Shown here: one piece after another, positions 1-8,964 of the stretch
Layout of the letters: each line of letters opens with the position of its first letter
How positions within the stretch are numbered: the stretch's first letter is position 1
DNA from: a bacterium
GTDB taxonomy: Bacteria; Zhuqueibacterota; Zhuqueibacteria; Residuimicrobiales; Krinioviventaceae
DNA: 64,000 nucleotides
Assembly: GCA_963693055.1 (NCBI GenBank)
Contig: OY843751.1
Location: forward strand, 896,001 to 960,000
Direction of reading: 5' to 3'
The notes under the pieces: model-generated
Databases searched by the model: none
Told to the model about the DNA's origin: nothing
The model's input: the letters and a program-made list of their open reading frames with translations, nothing else
Translations under genes and position numbers: made by a program

Positions 1-1201
1 TCACTTTACCTCTCAAATCAGGATTTGTGCGCAGGTACTTGTTATAAGTATACATAACACGACCCTGTTGTGAGTTAATGATTGACATAACAGATTCGGA
101 TGTTCTTTGAGCTCTTGCCTCCTGAGATCCTCTCATACGTTGGGGTTGCTGAATGTTGACTTTGCCTTGTTTTTTCAAGTCAACAGTTTCAACGCCTTCT
201 ACTTCAGAGAGCAGGTCATCAACACCGCCTGAAAGTCCAAAAGCCATTAGTTCATCAATTCCGTCACCGTCACCGGTGCCACCGCCATCTCCGGTACCAT
301 TGCCTTTACCAATTTTGTTGCTCTTGGTCAAAGGTTTACTTCCAATAAGCTGGTCAAGTTCCTGAACAAAACCTTGCTCTATTAGAAAGTCAGCCGCAGA
401 ACTAGAACTGCCAGAACTACCGGTACCCCCAATAAGTCCCAAAAGACCTTGAGCGTTAACCGGTTTAGGAGCGGGTTTGTCTGAACCGCCACTGCCACCT
501 GGTTTGGGTTGTTCCTGTTGTTGTTCCTGTTCCTGCGTTGTTTCTTCTTCAGCTTCACCTTCTCCTGAACTTGTTGTAGCTACCATTTCGGTTTCAGGTG
601 GTTGAGTTGGTTTCTTGATCATGAATCTTGCAAATCGTTCCGGAACCTTGGTTACATCGGGTGGTTCCTCTGGTGGAAGTTCATATCCTTTAAGTGAAAA
701 ACCAATTATAATTTCAATACTGAAAAGGATAAGGAACAAAGATTTATATAATAAATCTTTGGTAAAAGTTTTGCCAATCGCCTTGTTCCAGGTGTAAAGA
801 GGAAGCCCTTTCAGGGTTTCCGGCTGGTGGCCATCATAATTAAAAAAGATATCTGTATCTGATATTCTGAGAGAACCTGATCTGCCGTGTGTGAATTCTA
901 AATTATAAAAATTACCTTTTTGAGGTAAAAGGTTGTGTACAAACAGATCATTAAAAGTAACTTTGGAACCTTTAAATTCAATTTCACCAGTCATTGTAGG
1001 TGAAATTTTCATGCTACAGGTGTTTTTTTTACATTCAATCAGAACATGCTTTTTGGGATAGGCATCGTCATATACTATGATATCATTATCCGGACTTCGA
1101 CCTATGGTAAGCTTGTCATTTGGCCCAAAATAACGCTGAGTAACGCGACCACCCTGAACAATTTTGGCTTCTAATATAGAACTATTTCGTTTTATTGTCA
1201 T
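1..1201 (-). CDS. FHA-TM-TonB C-terminal energy transducer, GltG/AgmX-like (runs off the window start)
   Basis: Not in the ORF track because the stop lies outside the window; translated by hand from ATG at 1201. MTIKRNSS...LTIGRSPDNDIIV (FHA-like), a TM helix (LFLILFSIEIIIGF), VPERFARF, an acidic/Pro/Gly-rich linker, GLLGLIG, then YNKYLRTNPDLRGKV (start of an AgmX/TonB_C-type domain). Directly follows the exbBDD-like genes. Confidence 0.85.
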   Translation of the reverse strand, partial: MTIKRNSSILEAKIVQGGRVTQRYFGPNDKLTIGRSPDNDIIVYDDAYPKKHVLIECKKNTCSMKISPTMTGEIEFKGSKVTFNDLFVHNLLPQKGNFYNLEFTHGRSGSLRISDTDIFFNYDGHQPETLKGLPLYTWNKAIGKTFTKDLLYKSLFLILFSIEIIIGFSLKGYELPPEEPPDVTKVPERFARFMIKKPTQPPETEMVATTSSGEGEAEEETTQEQEQQQEQPKPGGSGGSDKPAPKPVNAQGLLGLIGGTGSSGSSSSAADFLIEQGFVQELDQLIGSKPLTKSNKIGKGNGTGDGGGTGDGDGIDELMAFGLSGGVDDLLSEVEGVETVDLKKQGKVNIQQPQRMRGSQEARAQRTSESVMSIINSQQGRVMYTYNKYLRTNPDLRGKV

Positions 1202-1249
1202 GTATAATATCTATTTTATTTATATCGGGTTTCAACGAATTTGGGTTTA

Positions 1250-1762
1250 CTATTCTATTTGGTTCACTGCAAGCAGCATATTGTTGTAACCAACACTACC
1301 GCAAGTCAACATGATACGTTTGACCAGTTCAAATGTAAGATCACGGTCGCCCTGGATCGTAATATTACCAGTAAAACCGCCCTGGTCTGAAATTGAACCT
1401 ATACCTTCAGAAATTGTACGAAGTTTGGTCAATTCATCTTTTAAGGGATTGATGACGAGTAATTCATCATTTATAATGTTTTCAAGTTTTTCTATTGGAC
1501 GTCCATCAACCAGTATCCATTCCTGAGTAATTGCTATAACGGATGTGACTTTGGGTTGCATTTGTGATGTAGATTCAGGCAATTTCAGATCTTTGGTAAC
1601 AGTCATGATCTGACCTTCTGCACTGTAGCTCTTTAATAAAAACACCAATAGAATGGTAAACATGTCTATCATTGAAGTCAATTTCAAATTGAATGTACCA
1701 CGCTTGGTCCGTTTTGTACCGGTTGCAAGCAATGGTATTGTTTCATGTTCTTCTATCTTCAT
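1250..1762 (-). CDS. ExbD/TolR family stator subunit (AglS-like)
   Basis: LTSMIDMFTILLVFLL TM with the conserved Asp; C-terminal IQGDRDLTFELVKRIMLTC motif. Confidence 0.9.
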   Translation of the reverse strand: MKIEEHETIPLLATGTKRTKRGTFNLKLTSMIDMFTILLVFLLKSYSAEGQIMTVTKDLKLPESTSQMQPKVTSVIAITQEWILVDGRPIEKLENIINDELLVINPLKDELTKLRTISEGIGSISDQGGFTGNITIQGDRDLTFELVKRIMLTCGSVGYNNMLLAVNQIE

Positions 1763-1778
1763 GGTATTATTCTCTTTC

Positions 1779-2246
1779 TTAGCCGGAAATAGAAATATTG
1801 GGAAAACCGGATTCCCTGCATCTGTCCATCACCTGAATAATTATGTGATACAGGATTGCGTCTTCTGGTGAGATTAATATATCTTCAGAATCCGGATATT
1901 TTTCTTTAATTGTGTTCAACTGGGTGGTTAATCCCTGCCAGTTGAAATCATTATTGCTTTTTTCTAATTTATCAAGTTTAAGATCAGGACTATTGAGCTC
2001 AAAACCGGTTTCACTGATCTTTAATATATTTAAAACCGTACTTTTGGGTTTCTCTGCCGTTGCAGTCTGGCCGGGTTTATCTAAACTCGGTAAAGACAAT
2101 TCCATAACGGCAATACGAACAAATACTGCCGTTAACAACATGAACGGAATCAGTATCAAAAAGATGTTCATTACAGCCGTCAGGTTTAATTCTGTTTCTT
2201 CAGCATGACCTTTAAGACGACTGCCCATGGATTGTTTTAAATTCAT
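1779..2246 (-). CDS. ExbD/TolR family stator subunit (AglQ-like)
   Basis: ELNLTAVMNIFLILIPFMLL TM; C-terminal PEDAILYHIIIQVMDRCRESGFPNIS typical of ExbD. Confidence 0.88.
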   Translation of the reverse strand: MNLKQSMGSRLKGHAEETELNLTAVMNIFLILIPFMLLTAVFVRIAVMELSLPSLDKPGQTATAEKPKSTVLNILKISETGFELNSPDLKLDKLEKSNNDFNWQGLTTQLNTIKEKYPDSEDILISPEDAILYHIIIQVMDRCRESGFPNISISG

Positions 2247-2249
2247 ATA

Positions 2250-2870
2250 TTATTTCTCCGCTGTCATGAACCTGAACAAACGGGCGACATTTTCATTAAT
2301 TTCATCAATTAATTCATTGGTTTTTTCTTGAAGATAGGTAAAACCAATCAAACAGGGGATAGCTGAGATGATACCAAATGCTGTGGTATTCATCGCGATA
2401 GCAATACCAGAAGTAAGCAATGCTGCTTTGTCAGCTGCGTCAGCGTGAGCAACCGCGGCAAACGCACTGATCAATCCAAAAATTGTTCCCAACAAACCTA
2501 GCAGTGTAGATACGTTTGCAATCATTGCCAAATAGTGGGTACGTTTTTCTAATTTAGGTATTTCTACCATTGCCGCAAGTTCCATAGCATTTTGAATGCT
2601 TTTTGGCGAGTTGTTAATTTCATTTAAACCTGCTTTTGCAATGTTTGGAAGTGCTGCGTTAGAGATGTTGCAATATTCTATAGCCCGGTTAACATTACCG
2701 CTTTTAATTAGTTCTGCAATTTTATTTACAAACAATTCTGAATCAATACGATTTTTGAATTGTATAAAAATTACACGTTCAATAATGGTAACCAGCCCGA
2801 GAAGCAGCGCGAACAAGATTACAAACATAACCGGTCCACCACCCATAAAAAATCTAATAATACTGTCCAA
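2250..2870 (-). CDS. MotA/TolQ/ExbB proton-channel protein (AglR-like)
   Basis: STLLGLLGTIFGLI and GIAIAMNTTAFG signatures; strong AAGGAGG RBS before the TTG start. Confidence 0.93.
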   Translation of the reverse strand: MDSIIRFFMGGGPVMFVILFALLLGLVTIIERVIFIQFKNRIDSELFVNKIAELIKSGNVNRAIEYCNISNAALPNIAKAGLNEINNSPKSIQNAMELAAMVEIPKLEKRTHYLAMIANVSTLLGLLGTIFGLISAFAAVAHADAADKAALLTSGIAIAMNTTAFGIISAIPCLIGFTYLQEKTNELIDEINENVARLFRFMTAEK

Positions 2871-2917
2871 GGAAACCTCCTTAATGTTATTTAGAAGCGC
2901 GAAAAATTATCTTGAGA

Positions 2918-2946
2918 AATATAAAAAAAAAGGAAAATAATTTCAA
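2918..2946 (-). promoter_or_regulatory. Putative sigma-70 promoter for the motor genes
   Basis: Minus strand TTGAAA-N17-TATATT upstream of the exbB-like gene. Confidence 0.5.
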
Positions 2947-2954
2947 CTTTTTTA

Positions 2955-3356
2955 CTACCAGGGAATATAATCTTTTCTATCAACTGTAGGATCTGTAGTG
3001 ATCTTTGTTTGTATACGCCCCCTTTTTTCTACCGTTCGAAAGATTTCTTTAAAAAATGAATGTTCTATTTGAATATCGTCAATATCAGGAGTGGAGCCAG
3101 GTAAAATAAACATGGCTTGTGGTTTTTCCAATTGACCAACGACTTCAATTTTGTCTATAAAAAGTTTTACATCTGAATCATCTAGTGTGGGGGCACTATC
3201 ATTTATTAAATTTTGTGCATTTTGTGCCTGTAATGTAGAATCATTTGAAAATTCCTGCAATAGTAACTCGTTGGAATTTTGTGCGAATAACAATACGGGA
3301 AGTGTTATTGATGCAATTACAATATTGTATTTGATAAATGATTTAATATTCTTCAT
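2955..3356 (-). CDS. Small exported protein, GltF/CglF-like
   Basis: Signal peptide; IEVVGQLEKPQAMFIL...SFFKEI motif; lies between a large TPR gene and the motor genes. Confidence 0.6.
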   Translation of the reverse strand: MKNIKSFIKYNIVIASITLPVLLFAQNSNELLLQEFSNDSTLQAQNAQNLINDSAPTLDDSDVKLFIDKIEVVGQLEKPQAMFILPGSTPDIDDIQIEHSFFKEIFRTVEKRGRIQTKITTDPTVDRKDYIPW

Positions 3357-3358
3357 GG

Positions 3359-6283
3359 TTAACCTGCTGTTTCCTGTGCTACACTTAATTCTTTATTAGG
3401 TTCGGCTTGAACTTTTTGAGAATCGGCGCTCTGTGTTAAAGATTCAATTCTTTTTTTACTTTCCGTAACCCAAATATTATCAATACTATTTGCCTCAGCT
3501 TGTTCAATATTTCTTTTGTATGTTTCTAATGCCTGGGTTTTGTAAGGCTCTGCTTTTTCCCGAAGCATGTCTGCATACATTGTTAGCTGTTCCTCTGTCA
3601 ATTCATCAGGAGGTGGCGACTCTACAAATGCTCTAAAAAACTCTTCAAAAGCCATGCCAATTTTATGAGTAGATGCTGTACTCCAGTCAGCCACCTGATA
3701 TTCTAGTGCGCTCTTGTAAGCACCCAAAACTTTTTGAAGGTTTTTGACTTTTAACTGTAAATTGGTTTTAAGTGGTGGAACCAGTTCAATTTTTTGAAAC
3801 GGTGTATAATAAATTTCACCAATCATAAATTGAGCTTGTGCAGCAAAATAATTGTCTGCAAATTCACCACTGTTTGATATGGTTTGATAATTTTCAATTG
3901 TTTTTTTAAAATATTCTTCTGCTGCTGTAAAATCTTTGACCTTGTAATTCATGTCGCCAATCTTATACAAACATTCAAGCAACTCATCACCTGGTTCAGG
4001 ATATGTAGTTATATACCGCTCATAATACGATCTTGCGGAATACCAATCTTCAAGTGTTTCATAATTATAAGCTGCATTTCTAATGGCATTTTTGTGATAT
4101 TCAGAGTCAGAATAATTATCTGCCAGCAGGATATAATCATTTGCTGCAAGTGTCCAGTTTTGTGTGCTTTCACGAATGCCTGCGGCTTTGTAAAGTGCTT
4201 CATCAGCCATTTCAGATTCCGGGAACAATTTAAAGAATTGTTCCAGAGCCAGAGCTGCTTTATCCGGTTGTTCACCTTGCTGGAATTGGATAGCAGATTC
4301 GAATAGTGCTCTTTCTCTAAATTCCGGGTTTGATGAAGTAGTTACTATTGATGCCAGCAGATTAGCAGCTTCAAGAGGTTTACCTTCCTGATTCAATGCT
4401 TCGGCAATTTTAAAATTTGACGAAGAAGCCATCATTTCCGCTTTTTGTAAATAACGTGTAGAATCTGGAAAGGATTGTACAATATTATCGAACCAAATTT
4501 CTGCTTCATGATAGAGTTCAGCATCATAGTAACATTGTCCTGCATTCATTGCAGAGAGCAGTCTGTATGGCCTCTTGTCACCCAATTCAATAACTTTTTT
4601 ATAAATTTCTATGGCGGGTAGATAATATTTCAAAGAGTGCATGATCTCGCCATATTTCATATACACCTGATCCAGTAAATTACTTTCAGGGAACATGAGA
4701 ACAAAATCATTACTCGAAATTAACAGATTTTTCTCTACACCTGTATTGGTGTTAAATGTCAATGTGTCAGGTGAATTCAAAAAGTTGGCTATATCAACTG
4801 ATCCACCGGCAGTTGTAGAGTCGGTAAGTAATTGATAATAACTTAAAATTCTATTATAAGCGGCTTGTTCCTTGTATTCTGTTTTCGATAAAGAATCCCG
4901 CTTTACTACGCTGTAATAAGATTCAGCGGCATTATAATAATCGTTAATTTCGTAATAGCATTCAGCAAGATAATAGTTGATCTTGACAGCATCATCTGCT
5001 GTGGAAAATTTTTCAAGGTATTCTTTGTATTTATCAATCGCGGTTTGAAAGCTGTTAATATCAGCAGATTGCTGAGCTTCCGCCTGGTAAAATGTACCTA
5101 AATAAACCAAAGATTTTTTTGTTATATCAAGACCAGTGTTTTGTACGGTATCGGCCTGATTTGTTTGCCATTCACTACCCGGCCCAAGATACGTTACCAG
5201 CTTCTCTCGGGTTTTGTTGGCACCTTCAATATCCTCATCCAGTTCATAACTTTCGATAATTTTTTGATATATGTTTGGTGCGTCACTATAGTAGGGATAA
5301 ATATCAAGCAGAACGTTCAAGATCGCAATGGATTCTGCATAATAGTTACGTTCGTGGTACAAGTCATAGATTTTTAAAAGAATAGGGAGTGTATAATCTT
5401 TATCTTTGTGATTGATCAGAAAATTATGTGCAGCAGAGGGGCCGCCAAACTCGGTAAAGCAGCTTGAAATATAATATATAGCTTCTGTTCTAAGGTCTGC
5501 CTTACTTTTGGTAAATACCTGGGTTTTTGCTTTATCAATAAGTGAAATATCTTCAATGAGGTAGAGGAATGTGCTGATGGCATCGGAATAGTTGTTTAAA
5601 TTATAATAAGACCAACCCAGTTTATAAAGGCTCATATCAAAATAAGGATTGCTCCACTCATCCAGCAGTTCTTTGTAATGGGATATAGCGGTTTTGTAAT
5701 CTCTTTGAGAAAAATAGTATTCACCAATTCTAAAGTGTGCTTCAAAGGAAATGGGAGATTCCGGATGATTGGCTATAATGCTTTCAAAATAATCTTTAGC
5801 CCGAAGTTTATCTCCCTGCTGAAAATAGGAAATTCCCAGCTTGTATAAAATTTTATCTTTAAACTTGGAAGCAGGGAACTCTGTTAAAAGCCGGTTACAG
5901 TACTCTATGGTTTTATTCATGTCCAACTGGGGCAATGAGGGCTCGGTAGCAAGTTCACCATTGTCAAACCTTCCCAGATCAGTTTCGTATTGCTGCATTT
6001 GAAGCTGATAATTGATCTGAGATCTTTGTGTGTACAATTCCGCAAGCTGAAACATGATGGTTGATGCAAACGGACCCTGTGGGTATTTCTTTAGCAAGGT
6101 CTCGTGCTCAGAAATGATAGCATCCAATTTGCCTATATCTTCACCCGTATCCTCGATGATGGCATTTACATAGGCGCTTTCCTGGGCAATAACATTGATT
6201 GACACCCCAAGAACGAGCAAACCCACTATGAATGCAACTAGATAGTTTTTATATAAATTTGAAATTTTCATAATTTTTAACAT
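3359..6283 (-). CDS. Large periplasmic TPR protein (GltD/AgmU-like)
   Basis: Signal peptide and many TPR repeats; C-terminal WSTASTHKIG...ESPPPDEL...Y...L.EKAEP motif as in GltD-type proteins. Confidence 0.8.
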   Translation of the reverse strand: MLKIMKISNLYKNYLVAFIVGLLVLGVSINVIAQESAYVNAIIEDTGEDIGKLDAIISEHETLLKKYPQGPFASTIMFQLAELYTQRSQINYQLQMQQYETDLGRFDNGELATEPSLPQLDMNKTIEYCNRLLTEFPASKFKDKILYKLGISYFQQGDKLRAKDYFESIIANHPESPISFEAHFRIGEYYFSQRDYKTAISHYKELLDEWSNPYFDMSLYKLGWSYYNLNNYSDAISTFLYLIEDISLIDKAKTQVFTKSKADLRTEAIYYISSCFTEFGGPSAAHNFLINHKDKDYTLPILLKIYDLYHERNYYAESIAILNVLLDIYPYYSDAPNIYQKIIESYELDEDIEGANKTREKLVTYLGPGSEWQTNQADTVQNTGLDITKKSLVYLGTFYQAEAQQSADINSFQTAIDKYKEYLEKFSTADDAVKINYYLAECYYEINDYYNAAESYYSVVKRDSLSKTEYKEQAAYNRILSYYQLLTDSTTAGGSVDIANFLNSPDTLTFNTNTGVEKNLLISSNDFVLMFPESNLLDQVYMKYGEIMHSLKYYLPAIEIYKKVIELGDKRPYRLLSAMNAGQCYYDAELYHEAEIWFDNIVQSFPDSTRYLQKAEMMASSSNFKIAEALNQEGKPLEAANLLASIVTTSSNPEFRERALFESAIQFQQGEQPDKAALALEQFFKLFPESEMADEALYKAAGIRESTQNWTLAANDYILLADNYSDSEYHKNAIRNAAYNYETLEDWYSARSYYERYITTYPEPGDELLECLYKIGDMNYKVKDFTAAEEYFKKTIENYQTISNSGEFADNYFAAQAQFMIGEIYYTPFQKIELVPPLKTNLQLKVKNLQKVLGAYKSALEYQVADWSTASTHKIGMAFEEFFRAFVESPPPDELTEEQLTMYADMLREKAEPYKTQALETYKRNIEQAEANSIDNIWVTESKKRIESLTQSADSQKVQAEPNKELSVAQETAG

Positions 6284-6294
6284 TATTAATGATA

Positions 6295-7743
6295 CTAGTT
6301 ATGTATTTCTGTGCGTTTCAAAAATAATGCCCTTGATTTACCATATTCGGCAAATGCTCTCCAATCCTGTCTTTCTTCTTTCACTTTGATCATTTTTTTC
6401 ATAGTGTCCATTTCAGCCAGCATACTTGAGAAATTCTGACGTTCTGTTTGAATTTGTTTCATCAATTCATTACGTGTCTGATTGATCTCGTGTTTTTCAA
6501 GCTGCAAATAATCTGGCGCTTCTGTATCAGGAGTTAACTGGATAAGGTTGAGCAATTTTGTTTCAAGCACCAGTAAATCCATTTTAATTGATTCCAGTCT
6601 TCTTTCCTGAATATGTATACTGGATTCAACTTCATTGACTATCATGGGTACAAGCTCACGTTTTGGCAAGCTGTTTACCAAATATTCGTACACTTTAAGG
6701 GCTTCATCATATAACCCTAATTTTAAATAACATCTTCCCAGCAAAAAGAAACCTTCCTGGGTATTTTCGTCTTCTTTCGGCATTGATACAAGATCCGTTA
6801 ATGGATCAACCGCAAGTTGATATTGTTTCATCTTGGTAGCAGCCCAACCCGCAGCTAATAGCGCACTTTTGTAATGGTTGTGTTTTGAGGAAACCGCTCT
6901 AAAATTTCCCAAAGCCCTCTGGTAATACCCCAATTCATAATAGATATAGCCAAGTGTTAGATAGGTTTCATCTACAATGTTCCTGAAATCATCATTCACA
7001 ATTGGTATACGAAGAATTGAATTGAGTGAATTAACGGCTTCGCGAACCTGGCGCAAGCGCAGGTACGAAAGTGCTGCTGTATATTGTGCATATGGAGAAT
7101 AGGGGTTACCTTTATCAATCTCGGTTAATATTTCAATAGCTTTGTCATAATCGAACAGGTTGTAATAAGAAAGACCTGCGTAATATCTTGAAGCATCAAG
7201 AATATCTCTTGAGGGATTACCTTTGGTAATGACTTTATAAAACTCGATACATTTTTCAAGATTGCCCTTGTCATACTCGATACGTTGTAAACCCAACAAT
7301 GCTCTGGGCAAATGAGGACTGGCAATATATTTTTTTACAAGGAATTTGAAAATCTTTTTCGATCCATCTAGCAACCCTATTTCAAATAAACAATCACCCA
7401 ATGTAAATACAACCTGATCGATCTTGGAATAGCTGGGATAAAAGTCCATAAGGATAATCAGATTTCGAGAGCTTTCCCAATAATCTCCATCCATGAATAA
7501 TTTTTCAGCCTCAAGATAAAGCTTTTCAGCCGCACGCTCAAGCTCTTCTTTTTCTGCTCTTTGCAGCCGGGCTTCTTTATCTTCAGTTTGAGAATATACA
7601 GCGGTTGGGAGAAACATTCCCCCAAGGATAATAGCTATTATTACTGCAATCCATATTATGGACTGTTTGGGTTTATCTAAAAGAGTCATTCGATTCTTGC
7701 TCAAGTTGTTTATTATATAAATATATGCCTGTTTTTGCAGCAT
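6295..7743 (-). CDS. TPR protein with C-terminal coiled coil (GltC-like position); true start may be the downstream Met (MTLLDK)
   Basis: N-terminal hydrophobic/signal segment, TPR repeats, ALLAAGWA motif, helical C-terminus. Confidence 0.75.
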   Translation of the reverse strand: MLQKQAYIYIINNLSKNRMTLLDKPKQSIIWIAVIIAIILGGMFLPTAVYSQTEDKEARLQRAEKEELERAAEKLYLEAEKLFMDGDYWESSRNLIILMDFYPSYSKIDQVVFTLGDCLFEIGLLDGSKKIFKFLVKKYIASPHLPRALLGLQRIEYDKGNLEKCIEFYKVITKGNPSRDILDASRYYAGLSYYNLFDYDKAIEILTEIDKGNPYSPYAQYTAALSYLRLRQVREAVNSLNSILRIPIVNDDFRNIVDETYLTLGYIYYELGYYQRALGNFRAVSSKHNHYKSALLAAGWAATKMKQYQLAVDPLTDLVSMPKEDENTQEGFFLLGRCYLKLGLYDEALKVYEYLVNSLPKRELVPMIVNEVESSIHIQERRLESIKMDLLVLETKLLNLIQLTPDTEAPDYLQLEKHEINQTRNELMKQIQTERQNFSSMLAEMDTMKKMIKVKEERQDWRAFAEYGKSRALFLKRTEIHN

Positions 7744-7807
7744 TATTTAGAGTTATAATGTATGAATATACTCACATTAAACATTATATACGTAAATATT
7801 TTTTCAT

Positions 7808-8842
7808 TTATTCAGTTTTGGGTTTCTTTTCTTCTTCAAGTTGTTTTCTCAGTTCTTCAAGATCTTTGACAACTTTTTTACGCTTTTGTTGTATCTGGTC
7901 AAGTTCTTTACGTTCTTCCTGGCGTTGATCTTCAATTTCTCTTTCTTTACGGGTTTTGCCGGCAAAGATATTGGTACGGTATGTCACACCAAACATGACT
8001 TTCCAATTCGCATAATCTTTAAGAAACGGATTTGCACCCAGGTTTTCATTTTCGGGAGTGAATCTACCCAATTCAAAATCAGCTGCCAGATCACAAATCA
8101 AATGCCAGGGACCAACAAATCTAAAACCCTGGGTGAAGCGGATAAAGTTTTGACTTGGAGTTATATCTGCATTATTGATAAACATTTCACCTGTAAATTC
8201 AGAGTAAAACAGAGATGATCTTACCGGGAATTTGAAGCCGAGACCGCCAATGATTTGATCTTTTTCCGAAGAAAAATAAGCATCGGACCAGTTATTGTCT
8301 AGGTATCCCAAATTGATTGAAAGCTTCATTGGAAATGTTTTGATATAATCTTTGAAATCCAAAGTTGATAACAACATCAAACCCCAACCCATCGCATCGT
8401 CAGTATAAGATTCAAATTGAACATTGTGATTCAATGCAGTTGGAAATTTCACAAAACCAGCAAGCCCCAATTGTACCATAGAACCGTAACGGGGAATATG
8501 ATATTTTACATATAATCTTGAATCACCAATGGGTCCCCAGGTATGCTTTTGATCATCCTGATAGGGAGTAAGTTGTGCAAATACTTCAAATTGTTCAGAA
8601 AGGCTTGTTGTAATTCCCAAATGTAAAGCATGGTCTTCACTAAAACTTTCATTATCACCGGAACCATAAAAAGAATACACAGGATTAATCGCCAAAACTC
8701 CCGGGTGTATTGTCTCAGCTTCTATGATTCTGAATAAACCTTTGCCGCCAAAATAAGATACTTGAGCAAAACTATTCATTGAAAAAAGTATAATGAAAAC
8801 AACAAATAAGGTTCTGATATTTGTCAATTTATTCCTGTTCAT
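7808..8842 (-). CDS. Putative outer-membrane beta-barrel protein with C-terminal coiled coil
   Basis: Signal peptide (SFA|Q), GGKGLFRIIEAETIHPG N-terminal motif, alternating aromatic beta-strands ending in VMFGVTY, then an E/K/R/Q-rich helix. Confidence 0.65.
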   Translation of the reverse strand: MNRNKLTNIRTLFVVFIILFSMNSFAQVSYFGGKGLFRIIEAETIHPGVLAINPVYSFYGSGDNESFSEDHALHLGITTSLSEQFEVFAQLTPYQDDQKHTWGPIGDSRLYVKYHIPRYGSMVQLGLAGFVKFPTALNHNVQFESYTDDAMGWGLMLLSTLDFKDYIKTFPMKLSINLGYLDNNWSDAYFSSEKDQIIGGLGFKFPVRSSLFYSEFTGEMFINNADITPSQNFIRFTQGFRFVGPWHLICDLAADFELGRFTPENENLGANPFLKDYANWKVMFGVTYRTNIFAGKTRKEREIEDQRQEERKELDQIQQKRKKVVKDLEELRKQLEEEKKPKTE

Positions 8843-8964
8843 TCTCTATTCTCCCTTGTTCGGAGTTAATTAATATAACTGTATTACTTGACTAAACATA
8901 TAATTTAAAATTTGTATTGCAAAATTCCAATAATAAATTTGAAATCGGGATTTTTTAAATAGCC

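Noticed and set aside
255-305. Short ccgtca/ccggt repeats
   Set aside because: They encode a GTGDGGGTGDGDG low-complexity linker; not a DNA repeat element.
153-797. Plus-strand ORFs 153-365 (Pro/Ser-rich) and 615-797
   Set aside because: Antisense shadows of the Gly/Asp-rich linker of the minus-strand TonB-like gene.
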